From the human T2T-CHM13v2.0 reference genome, Homo sapiens, in assembly GCF_009914755.1 (NCBI RefSeq), contig NC_060942.1: 64,000 nt of DNA, one strand, 5' to 3'. Shown one piece after another: positions 55,880 to 64,000 of this stretch (position 1 is its first letter; each line of letters opens with the position of its first letter). The position numbers and the translations under genes were made by a program. A model generated the notes under the pieces. That model was not told the DNA's origin. It saw nothing but the letters and a program-made list of their open reading frames with translations, and ran no database searches.

Positions 55880-55990
55880 CTGGGCCCCAGTGAGCTCATC
55901 TACAAAATGGGAGCAAAAATTTACCCCCTCTTGTCATGGGAAGCATCTTGATTGTCAAATTTAAAAATGCATAGGAGAGGACTTTGGGAA
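55880..55990 (+). mobile_element. MIR 3' part
   Basis: 'gggccccagt..ctcatctacaaaatggga'. Confidence 0.55.
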
Positions 55991-57092
55991 GTGGATGTGT
56001 GGTTAGGGGCCCAGTAACATTAGGTGATTGTACCACCTAGAGGTCTGCACTCCGGAGTGGAAAGCGTGGGGAGGAAGAAATGGAGCAAATTATCTAGAAT
56101 AATCTACATGCCTCAGTGCCCCTGTATTTTGTGGGAAATGAATTTCAGCCTGAATTATCCAGGAATTCAGGTTCCTTACCTCCATGTAGATAGTTTATAT
56201 GCTTAGCCATAAAGAATATTTCTCTTTCTTTTTTTGGCAAGCTTTATAATAATTTAGAAAACAAACATTCATTTACAGAAAATAACCTGAGAAGTCCACA
56301 TCTGGAGATAACTGCAAACGAGGGGCAAACCTGGGCAGAAACATTTGGGCAAAAAGACCCGGGACAGGGGCCGCACCCACCGTTACCCAAGTCATCTTTC
56401 TGGGCAGACTTGGCAAAGATTCACATTCAACCCATTAAATCACCAGGTTGTTGATCAGCAGTAGGCTACCTCAACAAATGAGGTGCACACAACATTGGGC
56501 AAAAATAATTTGTTATATGATCGGCAAAATGTGGCTCCGCATGCTATCACCGGAGACCTACAGTATAACCACAGCATTCCCAAGGGCAAGTAAAATATCC
56601 CTCTCTGGAAGTCAGTGGTATCATTCAAGCAAGAATTTCCAGCAGTCTGTAAACATGTGGGGATTGATGATGAATAGCTGGCTCAAGCAGAAAAGCAAAC
56701 CCCAAATTATCTCATTTTCCTAACTTGTTCAAATTTCTGAAAGCAAGCAAAAAGATTCTACCCTCAGGTAATTCAAGGCAACACCCACCGTCCTGCATGC
56801 CTGGAACCCAGATTCAACATCTGATATGCATTCGTATTTCCACTTTATGCTGCAGGGGTAGTGTGAAGAGTGGATCATATGAGGCTTGGGAATATTCTCA
56901 ATCGAAGGTTGTTTTTCTTCCTGCTCTGCGTACGCCTCAGTTGGTATGATGGAGCTGTGCTGGTTCAAGGGCTTCCTTCAGATGGCACCTTTGTAGACTG
57001 GAGAAAAATGGAAGCAATCCACCCAATGCATCATCTATACTTCAAGATCATGTGTATGAAACAACGTAAAAGCACCTTTCAATGGAAATTAT

Positions 57093-57380
57093 TATTATTA
57101 TTATTTGAGACTGAGTCTCACTCTGTCTCCCAGGCTGGAGTGCAGTGGCATGATCTTGGCTCACTGCAACCTGTGCCTCCCAGGTTCCTCCTGCCTCAGC
57201 CTCCCAAGTAGCTGAGATTACAGGCACGTGCCACCACACCTGGCTAATTTTTATATTTTTAGTAGAGACAGGGTTTTCCCATGTTGGCCAGGTTGGTCTT
57301 GAACTCCTGACTTCAGGTGATCTGCCTGCCTTGGCCTCCCAAAGTGCTGAGATTACAGGCGTAAGCCACTGCACCCTGCC
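57093..57380 (-). mobile_element. AluSx-like with (TTA)n tail
   Basis: Antisense Alu; 11-bp TSD atggaaattat at 57082 and 57381; small deletion at 'caggttc^ctcctgcc'. Confidence 0.95.
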
Positions 57381-58838
57381 ATGGAAATTATGATTGAATT
57401 ATCTGCATCTCATTATTCTTCTTTTCAATGCCAAGTATTTTTAGAAAATGTGCTATGTAAGTGATTACTTCAAAGAATAGACTGTCACGTATTGAGATGA
57501 ATATGGTCTCTCCTACTTCTGGAAAATTTTTTAGAAAGTGGGACACACTGTCCTGATTAGAACCCAGAGGAAGGGGCAGCCAAGTTTGTGTAGCAGAAAG
57601 AGGAGAATACGCCAACGCATCTGACCTCAAGAGGGGGTGCAGTCGCTGCAGGCAGGACACCTGTGATCTGGAATTCCCTGTTCTCTCCACAGCACTACAT
57701 CAGTCTCTGTGGCACACATCATAATGTGCTGGAAAGAAAGGTTTTTATCTGAAACTTGCATTTGAGTCTCAGCTTTACTGGGTGAAGTTTGCTAATTCAT
57801 TCAATAAACCTGACCCCAATATTCTATACATGATGGAAAAGAGAATAAACGCTCTGCTTTCTTGGATAAAGTACTGGAAAGTACACCATGTTTATCCATT
57901 TTTATCAATTAACAGTTTTTTCTAATAAAATGTATCTTGAGTTTTGCTTTTTAAAAGATGTATTTGTTAAAGGAAGACATTTGTAAAAGTGTGCAACCAA
58001 AGTTCAGAGAGATTGTGTAATTCCCCATAGAGAGTGGACATTGTGAGACACTGGGAGTTGCTCAGGTAAGGTGGGTCAGAGCTCCGCAGGGCAGCCTCAG
58101 TTCTTAATTTCATGCTGAAGAGTGTGCTTAGAGAGCTGCATTAATTTCCTTCTAATGTTGTTTTTTCATAAAGTATGAGCAGGAAATGTGTGATGGTTTT
58201 GTTTGTTTGTTTTTTCTTAGAGTAGGGGATTGCACAGCAAGGACCGAACCAGGAGTTTAAAAAATCAAGTTTGCAGCCTGGCGCTGCCCTGATGCATGGT
58301 GTGCTCTCGAGTGAGTTGTTAGTTCTCCCAGGAAGACCCAGTTAATTTATTAAATGAGAGGCCTGAACTCTGAAATAGATGATTTTTAAGGTCCATTCAA
58401 CATACATTTTACATTTAAGAAATTGGAAAATGTCATTTTCACGAAGCGGTAATAAGAGTGTTGAATGACAGGCTAAGCATCTGTGTCCATCCTGGACGTA
58501 TTTGATTTCCTCTCTTGGACAAGTCAAGTGTGCCTTTTGTAAGAAGCATTTAACTTCCTAGGGGTAAGAAGCACATTTTTATTTAAATATGATACAGGAA
58601 AAATGTGATTTCCACAAGTGATCCTAGCTTTTCACACTTTATCCATTCTTTTCCTTTTGATAAAATCCACAGGAAAGATCTCAAATTTCCACATTGATGC
58701 AATCAGAAAATAAAATGTTAAAATGTTAAATACACAAAGTAAAAAGTCAATGCACATGAAATCAAAAATTATATTTATGAACGCAAGTTGTTTTGGCAAA
58801 TAAACCATCTTTGATTAGCCAAGTCAAATATCCATCTT

Positions 58839-58890
58839 TATCTATCTATCTATCCATCCATCTATCTAGGTATCCAACCATCCATCTATC
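58839..58890. repeat. (TATC/CATC)n tetranucleotide repeat
   Basis: 'tatctatctatctatccatccatctatc..'. Confidence 0.85.
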
Positions 58891-60644
58891 ACCTAACTCT
58901 CTCTGTGTTGCAGTCCATGCCCCCAAGCAATCAGAATGTCTGAATTTATATTATTTCCAATAATTGTCTCAGCTTTATTTTAAGCACAATATGAAATATG
59001 AAAAGTCTGATACTTTGGCAAATGAAAAAACAAACAAATGCAAACTTAGAAAAAAAAAATTAGCTTTAAATCAAACACAATGTTCCTACATGTGGACCAT
59101 CAGTGGTGTCCTATATACATTTATTTATGAAGAATTCCTGAAAGCAATAAAAAAATTCAGTAATAGGATTACCAATAGTAATAATATTTTCAAATGATTC
59201 TCTAGCGATTTATAATGAAAATGATAAAATAAAGATTTATTAATTATTAGAGGTTAGAGTTGTCCTTCAAATAATATTGCACTTGCTTGGGCAAGGTTTT
59301 AGGTTGATTTCTGTTTTTGGTTGTTGTTGTTGGTTTAACTAAAACAGTTTCTTCAGGATATCGAAGTGTGCTTAGAAGCCTACTTAATCTTCAAAGAATG
59401 ATGAGGCAGATAACGTGCTACCTTTGGGGAAATAATTGACAGCTAATCAAAACTTTAAGGGAAAAACTCAAGTAAAATATGTCTATCAACTTAGCAAGAG
59501 ATTTGTCTACTCATAACACACTCTACACTTCCTAAGTGGCATTAGTATGAAAATATCAGACGTCAGATTTGAATATGTTATTAAAGATGACACTTAGGGA
59601 CCCTTGTAAAAATGATTCACAATGCCTTTTAACTTAAAATTTATTTCCATGAAATCAGAGAAGATCTAAAATCTAAGTGAAATAAGAATGGGAGTGAACA
59701 ATTCCTCATATTTATAGAGAGGAGGAAAGAGACATAGTAATTCACAAATAGTCATCATTTTAATTATGGAATGACTGCTTTTGGACATAGAAGAGAGCAA
59801 TATAATGATTATTGTATTGATTATTCCATAAAAATTTAAATAAGTCAAACTAAAATATAAATATATGATAAAAATTTAATTTGATAAAAACTTTAATAAT
59901 ATAGAGATGTATAAAAATTAGATAATTTGGTTGTTTAGGTTGTTTGGGGATATTTGTTTGTTTAGGCTTGAAATAACTACTATTTTTCTGAGATCTTCCC
60001 AGTAAACCAGACTGATTCCGCTTTACTCAAAACTGATTTAGCCAAGTCAGTTTCAATCATGGTTTAAATAATCTTTTTGTTCTTAATTATCTTCTGCAAT
60101 TTTCTGTAAGTCCCTAATCTTTGTGTATTAAAAAACTGTACTTAAATTTTAAAAGAATGGAAACAACCGATCTCTTTAGGAAACAAAGTCAGTTCGGCCT
60201 CCCAGGCTTTCAGGTTTGGGATGCAGTGCATGGTTTTGCGGTTCGCACATTGCAACCCCGGCCGGGGTATGACTCACATGACGGCCTGTGGTGATGGCCC
60301 CTGAGGGTTGTTGAGACGAGGCCTGTGGTGCATGCTCACTCGCCCATGAGGCTGATGATACAGGAGACATGAGACATTCAGAATCTTCATGGGTGCAGAC
60401 ACACTAGGAAGTAACACGGTGCCTTCTGCAGCCAGGAGACCAAAGAGCTTCGTGGCCCCTGCATTGCCTCCCTCAGGCACTTCCCCCAGGAGAGGATGCC
60501 CATCTGCTGCCCTCAATACTTGTCCCACCCATTGCAGCCTGCCTTGGTTTTTACTTTCTCCCATTCGCACCCTTACGCCCTCCTCACACCCCCCAGTGCC
60601 ACCATTGACAGTGAGGGGCAGGAGAAGGAGTCCTGAATTGGAAT

Positions 60645-60866
60645 GTGCAGAGATCACATGGAGGGAGAGGCAGCAAGACAGTGGGGGAGGCTCCGGGCTC
60701 TTTTTAGCAGCAGCTTATAGTGGAACTAATACAGTGAGAGTTCACTCATTACCTTACGGACAGCACCAAGCCAGTCATGAGGGATCCACTCCCATGGGCC
60801 AAAGGCATCCTACTAGGTTCCAACTCCAATATTAGGGGTCACATTTCAACATGAGATTTGGAGGGT
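60645..60866 (-). mobile_element. MSTB-like MaLR LTR fragment
   Basis: 'cagagatcacatgg', 'gaactaatacagtgagagttcactcattacc', 'catgagggatcc', 'atttcaacatgagatttggaggg'. Confidence 0.85.
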
Positions 60867-61039
60867 TGCATCAATGTCTTTTGAGCTTCCTTTCAGTGAA
60901 GATGTGCTAAAATGTTATTGCTTTACAGATTACCATCTCAAAATCGAATGTAGAAATTATATAATAATAACCAAAAGCAACTGAGTCAATTTTGTGCAGG
61001 TGATTATTCATTTACGTGAGTTCATTTTATTTATTCTTG

Positions 61040-61160
61040 AATAATTTGGTAACGTGTCCATGGTGCGTGGGACCTCATAGTGTATAAGAGAGGTAAGCTC
61101 TAAATCCAGGTCAGCTTGGTGCCGAAGTCTGCTCTCTTAACCAGTCCGCGTGTTGCCTTG
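61040..61160 (-). mobile_element. MIR fragment
   Basis: 'aaatccaggtcag..tgctctcttaacca..tgttgcct'. Confidence 0.5.
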
Positions 61161-61329
61161 TGGGAGTGTTTGGGCAGTTGACTGTGATAGTAAAAGCTTG
61201 GTTTTATTTGGGATTGCTACACAAATATGTCAGGACTGACTGCCCATCAGTGATGGAATGGTGCAAAGCCAGGCCAAGGTCTGGGAAGATGCCAGAGAAG
61301 AAGGAAGCAGGGGATTGGGGTAAGCAGGT

Positions 61330-61678
61330 TGTATGGGTCCATTCTCACGCTGCTATGAACTGCCTGATATTAGATAATTCACAAAGGAAAGAGGTTTGAC
61401 ACACAGTTCTGCATGGCTGGAAAGACCTCAGGAAACTTACAATCATGGCAGAAGGTGAAGGGGAAGCAAGGCATCTTCACAAGGTGGCAGGAAGCAGGAA
61501 TGCCAAGCAATGGGGGAAGAGTCCATTGTAAAACCATTAGATCTCATGGGAACTCTCTCACTATCACTAGAACAGCATGGGAGAAACCGCTCTCAAGATT
61601 CAATTACCTGTACCTGGTTTCTCCCTTGAGGCAATTCAGAATGGGATTTGGGTGGGGATACAAAGCCTAACCATATCA
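61330..61678 (-). mobile_element. THE1D-like solo LTR
   Basis: Runs from 'tgtatgggtccattctcacgctgctat' to 'caaagcctaaccatatca'; perfect 5-bp TSD CAGGT. Confidence 0.93.
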
Positions 61679-62718
61679 CAGGTACTTGGAAACTTCTCTG
61701 AGACCCAGAGAAGGATCACTCACTGCATAGGCCTGGGCAGACCCTTTTCTTTGTGACTCAAGCAGCTGATCGTTATCTTTACAATCCAAGTTCTCTCAAT
61801 AGGTTTAGCTCATAGTGAACTTCTATTTGGAGGAGAAAGAAATTTCTCCACTCACAGACCTTGATTAACCCCACATGGAGAACTTAATATAGCTTCTCCT
61901 TTTCTCAAGTGTCAAGAAAAGCAAAGATTGGAATTTGGCCCAGATTTCCAAAAATTTTATTATGACCAACTTTGGATGATGAATATTTTAAAATTTTCAG
62001 AGGACAAATGCCAAAATGCAATAATAAGTGAAGGTTGCAGTGCAAAAGAAATGTTGTATTTGTAAAGCCTTAGGTAGAATTTGCTCTCTAAATAGTAAGA
62101 GAAATGACGCCGTCATCATGGGAGTGAAATTTCTGTTTGAAAACTGTAGGCTGTGACAAATTTCAATTTTCTTATCAATGCTCTTTATTTCCCATTTGCC
62201 AAATGACCTTTATTTTAAATAATTATTATTTTATGCAATATTTAACATTTAAATATTAAAGTAATAACATTACTTTACAAAACAATAGTATCATTATCAT
62301 CTTCACCATAATCTCCTTATCACTATAAAGTCATGTGATGCAGTCACCCCAAATTTTCTTTTCACACTGTGTTCATTCTGTATTCATTCTGAAAGAAACC
62401 GGAAGCATATCTAGTGCAGACATCTCATGATTAAAACTATAAATAATTTTTAAACGTTTTTTCTGAGTATGATTAACAGATAAGAATGGAAGAATTATTT
62501 ATTTAATGACTACACATGTTTCAATTTGTTCCTGTGATTTGAGGTTGTTTAAATTTATTGAATGTAACCGACCTTATAATAATGATCTATCCACCTACTC
62601 TGCTAGCTAAGTATAATTCCATATATTTAACTCTGTGTGTAGGTCTGAGCACTTCTTTAAAATAGATTACTGACACCGGAATTAATATGGAAACATGCAA
62701 GAATGCTGTTAAGCTGGG

Positions 62719-63073
62719 TGTATTAGTCCGTTCTCATACTGCTATGAAGAAATACCCAAGACTCAGTAATTTATACAAAAAAAGAGGTTTAATGGACTCA
62801 CAGTTCCACATGGCTGGGGAGGCCTCACAATCATGGTGGAAGGCAAAAGAGAAGCAAAGTCACACGTTACATGGTGACACGCAAGACAGCCTGTGCAGGG
62901 GAACTCCCCTTTATAAAACCATCGGATCTCGTGAGACTATCAGAAAAACAGCATGGGAAAGACCCACCCCTGTGATTCAATTACCTCCCACCGGGTCCCT
63001 CCCACGTCACATAGGGATTATAGAAGGTAAAATTCAAATGAGATTTGGGTGGGGACACAGCCAAACCATGTCA
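62719..63073 (-). mobile_element. THE1C-like solo LTR
   Basis: Runs from 'tgtattagtccgttctcatactgctatgaagaaatacc' to 'gggtggggacacagccaaaccatgtca'; TSD CTGGG/TTGGG. Confidence 0.93.
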
Positions 63074-63681
63074 TTGGGCTGAGTTTGGTTCATACCCACT
63101 AGTTACTGCCAGATATTGCCTAAGTTTTGTGTAGTATTAGACACATGGACAAAAATCAGAATTTCTACTTTAATAAGTGGTCAGATCTAAAAAAAAAAAT
63201 TTAAAAATGAGTCCTATGTAATTGTTGCAAACATTTCCAGAATTCCTGTAACAAACACTTTCTACAAATCAGCATCCAGAGTGCTCCATGGTAAACTGAT
63301 GCAGCATGGGGAGCTGACGTTGCACAGTTGAGTATCAGCTGTGAGGGGCTCTAACTTTCTCTTATGGTGTTGGGAGACATGACCGTCTCTCCTGCCTTGG
63401 TGTTCCTTTAAGTGGTAATACGGCCTGTGAGACACAGAAACTGCTAAACCACCCATAGTCAGGAGCAGTGAGAAGCGTGAGAAATGAGGGGTCAGGTGGA
63501 TGCAAGTGTGGAAATCAGAAGCTGTGAGTAGTGTGAACTTCTTATCTACAGTGGCTTTGTCAGCTACTGTATGTTATGAGTCTGTAGCTCTTTATTTACA
63601 ATATTATTAGTTGTTAATGCTTGATTTTTTTGCAATAATCTTTTTGGATCCCAGAATTTTTAAAACCACATATGTAATTTA

Positions 63682-64000
<319 letters not shown>

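Overview
Primate (almost certainly human or great-ape) genomic DNA. I find no credible protein-coding exon, RNA gene or prokaryote-type system; the window reads as intronic or gene-desert sequence. It is dominated by interspersed repeats: 8 Alus, about 12 LTR elements (MaLR THE1/MST/MLT1 and ERV1 MER4/MER57/MER31), ancient L1M and L2 fragments, a twin-primed L1PA, and DNA transposon fossils (MER63, Kanga1-like). It also has two ~1.7 kb simple-sequence arrays: a nearly pure C/T tract at 32.2-33.9 kb and a (TG/TGG)n tract at 42.0-43.8 kb that abuts a small CpG island. Several short local tandem duplications and GC-shifted old repeats suggest a distal, high-recombination chromosome region. All long ORFs are artefacts of low-complexity sequence. 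The most notable items are a young Alu carrying only part of the AluYb8 diagnostic set, the inverted L1 with a perfect 17-bp TSD, the two non-B-DNA-prone arrays, the orphan CpG island, and a THE1 LTR with an intact DUX4 motif. Repeat subfamily names come from recalled consensus sequences, not from a database search. I cannot support a claim of a novel biological system here.
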